A stretch of DNA of 64,000 nucleotides from Antechinus flavipes. Taxonomy: Eukaryota. Below the pieces are notes generated by a model. It saw only the letters and a program-made list of their open reading frames with translations, was not told the origin of the DNA and did not search any database. The stretch covers positions 5,580,001 through 5,644,000 of the forward strand of contig NC_067402.1 of the NCBI RefSeq assembly GCF_016432865.1, written 5' to 3'. This document shows positions 22,407 through 35,215 of the stretch, piece by piece; within the stretch, counting starts at the first letter, position 1, and every line of letters starts with the position of its first letter. Position numbers and translations under genes: made by a program.

Positions 22407-25143
22407 ACAAACTATCCATGTAAGATATGGATTCCCATGAAAGATGGAATATGAGCTGAGCCAGGAAGGAAACTGGAGATTCTAAAGACAATTACAGAGC
22501 AGTAATTACAAAAGGACTTTGTTTGCTTCTTACAACTCTCTGAGTTATCATTCCCATTTTACATAGGAGGATTCTGAGATTGAGAGACATCAGAAGTTGG
22601 GGTGTCAGCCAGCTAATAAGAATCAAAGGCAGCTTTTGCACCTAGATCTCCTTTACCCAAAGTCCAGCAGTCCAGCTCCCTGAGTCTCCAGAGGTGAGGA
22701 GGGAGTACCTGTTGGGTGAGGAGAACGCCATTGAGAAGGCACAAAGTCACGTCATGGGATACTGAGGTCAGGGAAGAGCTTCTAAGCCCAAACACGCCTT
22801 CGAAGTCAGCTTCATGATGTATAATTCATCAGGCTAGGTTTTCTGTGTTAAAAATCTCTCCGTGAAGCACCTGGAGTCTTTGGAGGAAAGGGAGGCTATA
22901 AATATAACGGTAAATACATAAGTGATAATGGGGACATAATACGGCAACGTTACCAATTTAGAACTGAGCAGGAAAGTGATTTGGGAGACAAGGTGGCTTC
23001 TTTCCTGCGATGGGATGCACTGGGCCAATTAAACAGAGAATTGTTGAATTCATGCTGTGCACACAGTTGGCTAAACTGAGTCCAATCATTGACATGATTT
23101 CAAGGGCTTCTGGGGTGCTGAAGAAGGAGGAAAGAGCCCATGGAAGAGCCCAGGTTTAGCTTTGGAAGCCCGGCTCTTTTTTTTTTCCTCTAAAATGCCT
23201 GGACTACATAACGGAGAAATCTCAGCTTCCTCCTCTTTAAAGTGGGAACTTCTCAGCACAGTCTCGGGGCCAGATACAGCATAAAATGAATTCTTCACCC
23301 ATGGGTGGGAGTAGTTCTCCGCCACTTCTTCTGTTGACTTATTCGTGTTTTGGTCCATAGATCTAGGAGCTAGAGGGTGGGAATCTCTCCCCTTTCCCAA
23401 GAGTGAGGTGACTCACGCAAGTTCACGGGGCTCAGAGCAGGAAGAGCATGATGGGATCATCTGGTCCTGCTCCTCAGCTTCCCTTCCAGTGCATTTTGCT
23501 TCTTCATAAGCAGGTGTATAAGGCCAAAGTTAGGTGAAGGGCTTTGTAAACCATGAAGCACCATTGCTTCTCTGTGTCTATTTCCTACCATCCTGGAATA
23601 TGTCCAGCGTTGACCGTAAATGCATTTTGAAAATGAGGAAAATAAATCTTTTATTTGTAGTAACAATCACTTTAACTTTTAAGAGCAGAAAGGAATGGGG
23701 TTCAGAGTTTAATGTATGCAAAGCAAAGATGTTGAAAGATCCTTTAAAACATAGTGACAGCGAGGGACTCGGAAGGCAGTAGGGAAAAATGCCTTGTGTT
23801 TATTTGGGAGGAAAAGGAACAATGAAATGGAGATGAGGTAAGCGCAAAGATCGAGCGCGCCATTATTCAGTTAGAAGGCAGCACAGACTTGGGGGGTTCT
23901 CGTCAGGATCTTCAGTCTGAGACTTTGGGCCACGGGCATTGTAACAGACTTGCAATGGTCAGGTTGCCGGGGAATTCGCCAGGGTCCTCCGCTCTGCTCA
24001 GACCGTGGTGGAAGGTCCGGGTTTGGTTCTGAGCACCCTAAGGTAGGGAGGGCGTCAGGAAGGAGAAGCTGGGGGCTGTTTGGAGGAGAGCACCTGGAAT
24101 GCGGGGGAGATCATCAATGAAAGGAAAGGGGAATGTCCCGGAGCACAGGAGACTTGGGAGAATGGCCATTAAGTTCGGGTACTGGAACCCCACAGGCAAG
24201 TGGGGTGTTGTGCAAGGCTTCCGGACAGAACAAGGGACAGGGAAGGATTCCAAGCTGGGGAAAGGGAAAGGGAAAGTCCTCTGGGCTTGGACGCTGAAGG
24301 GACAGACCCGTCTAGCACTAATGCCATGGGGAATGTCGACGAGTCCCACAATCTTCCTAGAGATTAGTTTTCTCGGCTGTGAAACGAAGGTTTGCCTGAA
24401 ATAACCCCTCCCAACTCCGAATCAAGGTGTTCTCGGTGGCAGAGAGACCAGCAAAGCTCAATGGAAGGAACAGTTGGGTGTGAGAGTGGAGTGGGCAGAA
24501 ATCTGGCAGAAACGGGGTAGGGGACACTTGTGGGGTTGGCTAATGAGGAATTCTTTGTCAGAGAAGAGTTGGACTAGACGCCCTGGAAGGCTCTTCTGGA
24601 CTTAGGGCTCTTCAGTACTGAGGGATGCTATGTGGAAGTCATTCCAAGCCCACGTGGCCGTTCTGCGATCTGCTGAAGTCTAGGATTCTGGCAATATGAG
24701 ATATATTATGTCAATATTAAATATATTAGTGAGTCAGGTTGTTTACCTCTGTGGCTGTGAGCCTCCCTGTCAAGCCTCTGAACGTGGGGGCCGTGGGGGC
24801 CGTGCACAGAAGGCTGCTTGGTGCTAGGGCAGGGTGGCCGCTCAGGAAGACCCGAGTTCAAATTCTGCCTCCTGCCCTGGCTGATGGAGACCCTAGGCAG
24901 GCCTATAGCTTGTGTGAGCCTCAGTGTCTCTCTCTGTAAAAGGAAGGACGTTAGAGGCAACGACTTCTAAGGTCTCTTTCAGCTTGGAATTCATGATCTC
25001 ATCATTCTCTGAAACCCACTTTGGAGGCTTTGCTTTGTCAACAGCAATTTATCTCTTTCCTTAAGTGGGGTCGGGACCGGGGGCTCTCCGCCTCCCGAGC
25101 GGCCCAGTTTGCTGATGAATCCATCTGCCCAGGTTCCAGTGTT

Positions 25144-25162
25144 CAGCCACCAGAGGGCCAAC
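25144..25162 (+). promoter_or_regulatory. Candidate CTCF binding site in a CpG-rich patch
   Basis: CAGCCACCAGAGGGCCAAC contains the CTCF core CCACCAGAGGGC. Confidence 0.45.
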
Positions 25163-26234
25163 GCCGGCTCTCCTTGGCCGGACACCCCTCCGGCCGAGCT
25201 CTCCCGTGGAGGGTCCCAGAGAGCCATCGGCTACGGTCTGGTCTCAGGGCCTGGAAGGTCTGAGTCAGTCTTTCCCTAGCACAAGGTTGTTTCTCTTTGG
25301 ATCATCCTCGGCTTTTAGCTGGCCAGGGAATAGCTGACTTTTTAAATTAAAAGGAGAGGAGAAAGTGGGGAATTTGTGTTAGAATAATTCATATAAAACA
25401 TAAGTAAATGTGTATGTTTTTGTGGGATTCATTCACGTAAGAAACATTCATTAAGCACCTACTGTGTGCTAAGTACTGCCATAAGGTACAAAGATAAAAA
25501 AAAACAGAAATAAAATAAAGATAATCCTCACCCTCAATGAATGAACATTGTATGGAGGAAATATCGTGCTTGTATGCATCAAGACAAACTGTGCTAAGAG
25601 AGGGAAAAGAGAAGAAGGAGCCAGATGCCCACCTCTTAGAGGAAGAGGAAGAACAATTTTTTCTTCAACAGTAGTGGGATAGGATGACAAAAAGAAAGAA
25701 ACTTAGCCCTTTTCCCAGGGCCTCAGTATGATTAAAGATTGAATGGGGGGTAAAATGGAGAAAAGAAGACAAATTGGGAAAATTAAGAACAAGGCCTTTC
25801 TAGTTCTTTTTAATGTGCTCAGCAGTGGAGAGGGGGAGCAGGGTGCTAGGTTTCATGGTGGGGGGGGCAGAGTTGGGGGAAGATCAGGCTTCCCTGAAGA
25901 TAAGAAGGAAGAAATGTGAAAGGAGTCTCTACCTCCCCATGAATTCTTTGTTCATCTGTCACTGGGGATTCTAGACTGTTCTGGCAAAAAATGGGTGATT
26001 ATATTCGGAAGCCTCCCTGGAGTTCTGCTCACCTTCCTCCCCATTACTTGCCCATGAACTTTCAATAATCAAAGTACGCCCCATAGGGATGGCAAAGTCT
26101 ACTCTCCCTCCCCCCAGCTTGTGCCTCCCCATATTCCCTAATAAATAACCCTAAACTCAGCTCAGAAGTGTCCCTGGGAAATTTCATTCTACTTCCTGAC
26201 ACAGTGATGAAGGAGTCTCACCATTTTGTGGTGA

Positions 26235-26405
26235 TAGTTCAGTCATGATCTCGTTTAGGGTTTTCTTGGCAAGAACTAAACTGATTTGCCATTTCCTTCT
26301 CCAGTTCATTCTCCAGATGAGGAAACTGAGGCAAAGAGGGTGAAGGGACTTGCCCAGGGTCATACAGCTTGTAAGAGTCTGAGGCTGAATTTGGACTCAG
26401 GCAGA
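26235..26405 (-). mobile_element. MAR1/MIR-type SINE
   Basis: 'gggttttcttggcaag...tttgccatttccttctccag...agatgaggaaactgaggca...gacttgcccagggtcatacagc'. Confidence 0.8.
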
Positions 26406-27483
26406 TAAATCTCACTTTATTCAGTCTCAGCTTTCCTCCCCTGAACCACCGATCTATCCCAGTGTCAGAGCACCTGGGTACAATCTGTCTCTGGTGCTTA
26501 TTATCTGAATTCTCTCCAGTGAGTGACTTAAACTCCTTGAGCCTCAGTCTCTTCATCTGTGAAAAGTGGAGTTGGACTAAGTGGTCTCTGAGGTTGTGGG
26601 GCTCTTGAAAGAAAAACATTTCTAAATCATACAGTTAAAAAGCTATGAGAGACATTTAGCCTATTCTTCTTACCCTTCTTTTCACCCTCTCTAATCCTTT
26701 CTCTCAAAGCTGCCAATGTACATCGCGAATCTCATCATGTTACTCCCCTTCTCAAGAGTCTTCCATGACTGCCTATTGATTCTGTGAACAAATAAGAACT
26801 GGGTGGTCTGACTTTTAAAGCTTCATGTAATTTCTCCTTACAGATTGATGTATTTGCTGTTTCACATCCTCTGTGTGGCAGCCCAATGGCCGCGGGAGCT
26901 GCTTCCTCATGTCCCATCTCCCTTTGTGTTGCTGATGCTCCTCCATTCCTGGATGCTCCCATTCTCATTATTTATTAAAACCATTATCTCCTTTCCAGTT
27001 GAATATAGTTCCAACTGCTTTCCAGAAGCCTGTCCTGATGGCTCCCCACCCCTAGTTCTTGCTCATCACCCACTGAATATCTAAATCACCCTCTTCCCCT
27101 CATTCCTCGTTCTCCATGCTTGGCCGTCCCAGCTTCCATTTCAGTTAGTTGGTGCTTAATTGGTGTTTGGTGAATTCAGTTGAACTGATCCCTTTGTTGC
27201 CAAGATCCCGCCACCTGTAGGAAAGTCCTCGAAGCTTTGTCTGGATGAGGGACCCAGAAAGCCCTGGGAGCTTCTTGACATCGGGAGTCAGTGCAGAAAG
27301 CAGAATGAATGCATTTTGTCTGCCTCCACCAGGATGCGCACTGGAGCCCTGGCTGTGCTCTTCAGATGTTCTTGGGATGTCTCCTGTCGCTAGTTAAAAT
27401 AACCATGTAGTTTGGGAGTGATTTTCCCAGTTCGCTTCCAAAATTGACTTTCCCCATCACTTCTCAGCAAGCCTGCTTAGATT

Positions 27484-27485
<2 letters not shown>

Positions 27486-27522
<37 letters not shown>
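27486..27522. repeat. (TG)n microsatellite
   Basis: Pure TG run. Confidence 0.95.
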
Positions 27523-27525
<3 letters not shown>

Positions 27526-28539
27526 TGTGCATTTACATGTGTGCTTATGTTCTAAAGTTAACATATTTGGAGCTGATATTTTTTCTTTGCTGAGGCCATT
27601 GGGGGTTGTCACTTGCCCAGGATCACAAAGCTAGGAATTCAGAGCTGATATTTAACCTGGATCAGTTTTTAAACTGTGATTCTTCTCCCTCTGAGTTTAA
27701 TACAAAGAGAGCCCCATGACTGTTACAAGTGGGTGCCCTGTGCGGGGAGGCGGGAGCCTGGCTTTGGTGTGTCAGGAGGCTTCTTGGAGCTGTCTGCTAA
27801 GCTCTCTCCAACAGTCACAAGTCCAGCTGGCCGTTTATTTGAGTTTAGTATAGAAAGTCGTTCGGCGGGACCTGGTGCGTTTCTAGGGTGGGCTGAGCAT
27901 CTCGTTTAAGTGCTCGTATTCCAGGTCAACGAAGAGCTATCTGACAGCACTCAGTTTCTTACCTCTCTGGGTTTTGAAATTTATTTTCAAAACAGATGTT
28001 CCCTTAAAGAATAAAGTATCAATAACTTTGACTTTGTGGCATAATAATTATAGATAAATAGATAAGTGATATGTGGGGAGGTATCTGCACACACATATAT
28101 ACATACATGTGTACATGATTTATCTTTATTTTCTTCATTCTTGCAAATTATAGGCATCTTTCCAAAAGATTCAGTAGCTTAAAAAGTCACCAAGACTTTT
28201 GTGAAAACCTGTCTCTGTGTGTGTGTGTGTATGTACATACATATGTCCTATATACATATATATTCACATATACATACAGATAAATATAGATATAGATAGA
28301 TGATAGGTCTATGTATAACTATATATATCTATTTATGAATATATCTAGATATGTTATAGATTAGAATTGTTAGGACATAGATGGCTACATAGAGCTATAG
28401 ATACATAGCTATATTTACCTATATATGTAAATATCTATCTATATCTAAATATGTCTGTACAGCTATATTTACAAATACACGTGCACTCACTCCACTTTGC
28501 ATTTTCTGCTTTATATGGTTTCAGTTCTACAGAACAAGA

Positions 28540-28715
28540 CGCTCTCTGGTTCCCTCCTCTCCTGCGGGTTTCTTGACTCCTTTTGTGCAGTGTCTCCCTC
28601 CATTAGATTGTAAACTCTTTGAGAGCGAGAACCATCTTTTTATTTATCATATCCCAGACACAGCACGATGCCTGGAACATAGGGGACACTTAATAAATAT
28701 TTATTGGATTGGATT
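28540..28715 (+). mobile_element. L2 3' end
   Basis: 'cctccattagattgtaaactctttgagagc...cccagacacagcacgatgcctggaacatagg...cttaataaatatttattggattgg'. Confidence 0.75.
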
Positions 28716-30272
28716 GTGTATGTAAATACCTGTGCACCCCCAAATACAAAGTGAATAAGGAGCCATTCTTGGTCAGGGAGATATCCCGATGAAAACCAGA
28801 AAGCTACTGTTCCACTTGGTGGAGATTCTCCCACCATTTCCCAACTCTGAGCCTAGTCTTCTTATCTGTGTAAATGGGGTGGCAAAAGTCCCCCTGCCTG
28901 CGTCCCTCCCTGGATTAGGGTGAAAATGATGGCGAGAGAAGCGCCGCACAAATAGCCGTCACTTCATTTCCCTTGGTTCCATCTGCAGAATGAGGAGGTC
29001 GGATGGCATGACCATCTCAGCTTGGGCAAGTCAGTTAAACAATTGAGACCTCGGTTTCCTCATCTGCAAAATTAGGGACTTGGACTAAATGACTTCTGGG
29101 TTTTAGGGTCCTAACTATTATGATTACTGTTATTACTTGTGTTATTGATAAGGTCACTGAGACAATTTACCTACAAAAAGATTGTGTTAGTAGCAAAGAC
29201 AAAACTGGTCTTATCCTAGGTTGGTCTTCCCTTTGCCCACCTGAATTCATTTTTGTGACTTGGATTGTTCTCCAGAGAGAGAGGATCATTACTCCATCCA
29301 GCAGTTCCTGTGATGCCCAAGAAAGGGGAGTGACTTGAGCCAGAACCTCGCTGCACATCTGGGTTTGGGAAGCCAACTTAGCCTGAATTTGAATAAAGTT
29401 CTGGGGATGGCAGAGGGCCATATGAATTTGTTTAAATTTGAATTTTTTTTCTGATAACTGAGCTTTCCTATCCCCAGCAACAACAGGAGTTATGGCAACG
29501 ACTAGTGGACCCACCAATTAGACTTTGCACCCATACACTTTGACAGAAAGAGAGAAATGTTTGTCATGTTGACATGAAAGTGCCATTTTCATGGACCCGA
29601 TGAGAGTCGGTTAATGATTTTTGGAAAAGACTCTTCTGATTCAGTTTCCTCTTGAACGCATGTGTTTGTAATCCTGATTAGATGAAGAGTGAGAACAGGA
29701 CTAAAGGGAAGTGCATAGAATTATGTTAACTGAGAGTGGAGACAGCAGATTAGCCTTAATACATACAGACCACTTTGATTCTTCCATAAAGAAGAAAAAG
29801 AAAGGAAACATGGAGATGATCAAAGACACAGAATAAATGTTTATTCATTTAAAATATATATCCTTGTAAATTATGTATATTTGATTATCTTTTAAATTCA
29901 TATTCTTGTCCAAGAATTAAACAGTGCTTTTTATAAACAATTTTAATGCTCAATTTACATTATCTTCTTCCATTTCCTAACTCACTCCAGAGTCTGACTT
30001 GCAGGCACTAAGTCCCTGCCTCCATCCAGGCAGAGAATGAGCAAATGCAGCAATGAGTCTAACCAGAATGGGCTCTCTCCTTTTCTTCTTAGCTACAAAA
30101 CCTTGGTGTTCTATAATGACAAAATGGCTTTTAAACCCCAAATCTAACATTTTAATAATGTTGAATTGAACATGTGTTATATTTTCTATCTTATGCAAAT
30201 CCCAGAAAGTGGTCCTTCCTTCAAAGTGAGTCAAACTCATGCAAGTGATTTCTTCCTAAAAAGATGGGCATT

Positions 30273-31504
30273 CAATCACAAAATAGAAAATTTTGATTAT
30301 ATCAAATTAAAAAGCCTTTGTACAAACAGAACGAATGCAAACAAGATTAGTAGGGAAGTAACTAACTGGGAAAACATCTTTACAATTAAAGGTTCTGATA
30401 AAGGCCTCATTTCCAAAATATATAGAGAACTGACTCAAATTTATAAAAAATCAAGCCATTCTCCAATTGATAAATGGTCAAAGGATATGAACAGACAATT
30501 TTCAGATGAAGAAATTGAAACTATTACCACTCACATGAAAGAGTGTTCCAAATCACTATTGATCAGAGAAATGCAAATTAAGACAACTCTGAGATATCAC
30601 TACACTCCTGTCAGATTGGCTAAGATGACAGGAAAAAACAATGATGAATGTTGGAGGGGATGCAGGAAAACGGGGACATTGATGCATTGTTGGTGGAGTT
30701 GTGAACGAATCCAGCCATTCTGGAGAGCGATCTGGAATTATGCCCAAAAAGTTATCAAACTGTGCATACCCTTTGATCCAACAGTGTTTCTATTGGGCTT
30801 ATACCCCAAAGAGATACTAAAAAAGGGAAGGGGACCTGTATGTGCCAAAATGTTTGTAGCAGCCCTGTTTGTAGTGGCTAGAAACTGGAAAATGAATGGA
30901 TGCCCATCAATTGGAGAATGGCTGGGTAAATTGTGGTATATGAACGTTATGGAATATTATTGCTCTGTAAGGAATGACCAGCAGGATGAATACAGAGAGG
31001 CTTGGAGAGACCTACATGGACTGATGCTAAGTGAGATGAGCAGAACCAGGAGATCATTATACACTTCGACAACGATATTGTATGAGGATGTATTCTGATG
31101 GAAGTGGATTTCTCTGACAAAGAGACTTAACTGAGTTTCATTGGAGAAATGATGGACAGAAACAGCTACACCCAAAGAAGGAATACTGGGAAATGAATGT
31201 GAACTATTTGCAATTTTGATTTTCTTCCCGAGTTATTTTTACCTTCTGAATCCAATTCTCCCTGTGCAACAAGAGAACTGTTTGGTTTTGCAAATATGTA
31301 TTGTATCTAGGATATACTGCAACATGTTTAGCATATATAGGACTGCTTGCCATCCTGGGGGGGGGGGGGAGGGAGGGAGGGGAAAAAACGAAACATAAGT
31401 GATTGCAAGGGATAATGTCGTGTAGAAATTATCCTGGCATGGATTCTGTCAATGCGAAGTTATTATTAAATAAAATAAAATTTATTATAAAAAAAAAAAA
31501 AAAA
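30273..31504 (+). mobile_element. Young 5'-truncated L1 with uninterrupted ORF2p C-terminus (to 31098), 3' UTR, poly(A) and TSD
   Basis: ORF reads KIENFDYIKLKS...DKGLISKIY...HSPIDKWSKDMNRQFS...CWRGCRKTGTLMHCWW...CPSIGEWL (L1 ORF2p Cys-rich domain). A-tail ~31489-31504. Identical (T)AAAAAGATGGGCATT at 30257-30272 and 31505-31520. Confidence 0.97.
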
Positions 31505-31758
31505 TAAAAAGATGGGCATTTGGGAAGGTTCAGGAGTCTGAGATAAGGGAGTCCTTACATTACTGAGTAATCAGCTGAAGGAAGCAGAGGGAGAAGAAAA
31601 CCAGCATTTATTATCTGTTATGTGCTAAGCACTTTATAAATATTGTTTCATTTAATCCTCACAACAGTTATGGGAGATAGGTGCCATTATTATCCCCATT
31701 TTATAATTGAAGAAATGGTGATAAACAGATATCAAATGATATGACCAGAACCAAATAG

Positions 31759-32455
31759 NNNNNNNNNNNNNNNNNNNNNNNNNNNNNNNNNNNNNNNNNN
31801 NNNNNNNNNNNNNNNNNNNNNNNNNNNNNNNNNNNNNNNNNNNNNNNNNNNNNNNNNNNNNNNNNNNNNNNNNNNNNNNNNNNNNNNNNNNNNNNNNNNN
31901 NNNNNNNNNNNNNNNNNNNNNNNNNNNNNNNNNNNNNNNNNNNNNNNNNNNNNNNNNNNNNNNNNNNNNNNNNNNNNNNNNNNNNNNNNNNNNNNNNNNN
32001 NNNNNNNNNNNNNNNNNNNNNNNNNNNNNNNNNNNNNNNNNNNNNNNNNNNNNNNNNNNNNNNNNNNNNNTTCCCTTTTTCCCACTCTCCCTCCCTCCTT
32101 CCCTCCCTCCTTCTTTCCTTCCTTCCTGCCTCCTTCTTACNNNNNNNNNNNNNNNNNNNNNNNNNNNNNNNNNNNNNNNNNNNNNNNNNNNNNNNNNNNN
32201 NNNNNNNNNNNNNNNNNNNNNNNNNNNNNNNNNNNNNNNNNNNNNNNNNNNNNNNNNNNNNNNNNNNNNNNNNNNNNNNNNNNNNNNNNNNNNNNNNNNN
32301 NNNNNNNNNNNNNNNNNNNNNNNNNNNNNNNNNNNNNNNNNNNNNNNNNNNNNNNNNNNNNNNNNNNNNNNNNNNNNNNNNNNNNNNNNNNNNNNNNNNN
32401 NNNNNNNNNNNNNNNNNNNNNNNNNNNNNNNNNNNNNNNNNNNNNNNNNNNNNNN
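31759..32455. other. Two assembly gaps (31759-32070, 32141-32455) around a 70-bp (CCTT/CCCT)n island
   Basis: N bases and a pyrimidine simple repeat. Confidence 1.
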
Positions 32456-32639
32456 GGAGTGGATTCCATGTTTGGAGGGTAGCTTGTGCAATTTAATAGA
32501 AAAGAAAAAATCGAGAACTAGATCAAGCCTTCATCAACATTTTGGAGAGTAGTGAAGTTATTCAACTTGGCAGGAAAATATTATTTGTGCAAGTTAAGAG
32601 GGAGAGGGAATGTACTGACAATTTCATTGATATTGGAAT

Positions 32640-35215
32640 TAATTTTTAAAATTTAATTTTTAATTTGTTTTGAACTTAAATTCCAAAAGACAAAAAGGAG
32701 AACATTTCAATGTACAAAATACAACATTAAAGAGAATTTAATATAAAACCCATGAATTTCCATTTTATGTTGTTTACTTAAAAAAACTAACAATTCTGTA
32801 AATGAAAATAAAATGCAAGCAAACAACAAAAAAAAGAGTGAAAATACTATATTGTGAACCACACTCAATTCCCATAGTCCTCTTTCCTGGTGTAGATGGC
32901 TCTCTTGAATCATCTCATTGTGGAAGAGTGCTATGTCCATATAGCTATCTACAATGATCTCCTGGTTCAGCTCATGTCACTTAACATCAGTTCATGTAAG
33001 TCTCTCTAAGCCTCTGAAATCATCCTGCTGGTCATTTCTTACAGAACAATTATATTTCATAACATTCATATACCATAATTTGTTCAGCCATTCTCCAATT
33101 GATGCGCAGCCATTCAGTTTCCAGTTCCTTGCTACTACAAACATTTTTGCACATGTGGGTCCTTTTCCCTCCTTTAAGATCTCTTTGGAATATAAGCCCT
33201 GTAGAAACACTGTTGGGTCAAAGGGTATGCACAGTTTGATAACTTTTTGAGCATAGTTCCAAATTGCTCTCTGGAATGGTTGGATCCATTCACAATTCCA
33301 TCAACAATGTATTAGTGTTCGTTTTCTCACATCCCCTCCAACATTCGTCATTATCTTTTCCTGTCATTTTAGCCAATCTGACAGGTGTGTCATGGTATCT
33401 CAGAGTTGTCTTAATTTGCATTTCTCCGATCAATAATAATTTAGAGCACCTTTTCACATGACTAGAAATGGTTTCAATTTCTTCATCTGAAAATAGTCTT
33501 TTCATATCCTTTGACCATTTTTCATTTGGAGAATGGCTTGATTTCTTATAAATTTGAGTCAATTCATTCTCTATATAGTTTTGAAATGAGGTCTTTATCA
33601 GAACCTTTGAATATAAAAATGTTTTTCCAGTTTATTGCTTCCCTTCTATTCTTGACTGCATTAGTTTTGTTTGTACAAAACCTTTTTAACTTAATATAAT
33701 CAAAATTATCTATTTTATGATCAATAATGATGTCTAGTTCTTCTTTAGTCACAAATTCCTTCCTCCTCCACAGATCTCAGAGGTAAACTATCCTATGTTC
33801 TTCTAATTTGTTTATAATATCATTCTTTATGTCTAGATCATGAACCCATTTCAACTTTATTTTGGTATACAGTGTTAGCTGTTAGTCAATGTCTAGTTTC
33901 TGCCAAGCTAATTTCCAATTTTCCCAGCAGTTTTTGTCAAATAATAATTTCTTATCCCCAAAGCTGGGATGTTTGGATTTGTCAAACACTAGATTGTTAT
34001 AATCATTGGCTATTTTGTTCTATAACCCTAACCTATTCCACTGATCAACCGCTCTATTTCTTAGCCAATGCCAAATGGTTTTGTTGACCACTGCTTTATA
34101 ATATAGTTTTAGATCAGGTACAACTAGGTCACTGTCATTTGCATTTTTTCCCTTAATTCCCTTGAAATTCTTGACCTTTTGTTCTTCCAGATGAATTTTG
34201 TTATTATTTTTTTTAGGTCAGTAAAATAGTTTCTTGGGAGTTTGATTGGTATAGCACTAAATAAATACATTAGTTTAGGGAGTATTGTCATCTTTATTAT
34301 ATTTGCTTGATCTATCCAAGAGCATTTGATATTTTTCCAATTGTTTAGATTTGACTTTATTTGTGTGCAAAGTGTTTTGTAGTTTTGCTCATATAGTTCC
34401 TGACTTTCCCTTGGCAGATAGATTCCCAAATATTTTATGTTATTAACAGTTATTTTAAATGGAATTTCTCTTTGTGTCTCTTTCTGTTGGATTTTGTTAG
34501 TGATGTATAAAAATTCTGATGATTTCTGAGGATTTATTTTCTATCCTGCAACTTGGCAAAAGTTGTGGATTATTTCTAATAGCTTTTTAATTGATTCTCT
34601 AGCATTCTTTAAGTTACCATCATATCATCCACAAAGAGTGATAATTTGGTTTCCTCATTATCTACTCTAATTCCTTTAATTTCTTTTTCTTCTCTTAGTG
34701 TCAAAACTAGCATTTTCAGTACAATTTAGAACAATAATGGTGATAGTGGGCAATTTTTGTTTCACTCCTGCTCCAGCTTATGCCCATTACATATAATGCT
34801 TGTTGAGGATTTTAAATAGACTATTTTAAGGAAAACTCCATTTATTCTTATATGCTCGAGTGTTTTTATTAGGAATGGATGTTGGATTTTATCAAATGCT
34901 TTTTCTGCATCTATTGAGATAATCATATAGTTTTTGTTAGTTTGGTTATTGATATAGTCAATTATGCAAATAGTTTTCCTAATATTGAACCAGCCCTGCA
35001 TTCCTGATATAAATCCTACTTGATCATGGTGTATTATCCTGAGGATGACTTTCTGTAATCTCTTTGCTAATATTTTATTTAAGATTTTTGCATCAATATG
35101 CATTAGGGAAACTAGTCTATAATTTTCTTTCTCTGTTTTTATCCTACCTGGTTTAAATCAGTACCATGTCTATGTCATAAAAGAAATTCGGTAGGCTTCC
35201 TTCTTTCCCTAATTT
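32640..35215 (-). mobile_element. Older, disrupted L1 (ORF2 RT region to 3' UTR)
   Basis: Minus-strand ORF fragments: [15 protein letters not shown]...[19 protein letters not shown]...[16 protein letters not shown] (RT), YLGI/NYKTL...WKNIKCSWI...LPKL.Y.FSAIPIKLP, KIDNFDYIKLK, CWRGC. Many stops and frameshifts. Confidence 0.95.

Noticed and set aside
23086-23400. 104-aa minus-strand ORF with ...SHPWV (kinase-tail-like)
   Set aside because: No other kinase motif, starts at a TTG, and no recognisable homolog.
30166-30272. N-terminal part of the 310-aa ORF as a novel chimeric gene
   Set aside because: Chance in-frame flank upstream of the L1 TSD; no promoter or splice evidence.
31652-32491. Long ORFs spanning gaps (also 44194-44541 and 50297-50701)
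   Set aside because: Artefacts of N translation.
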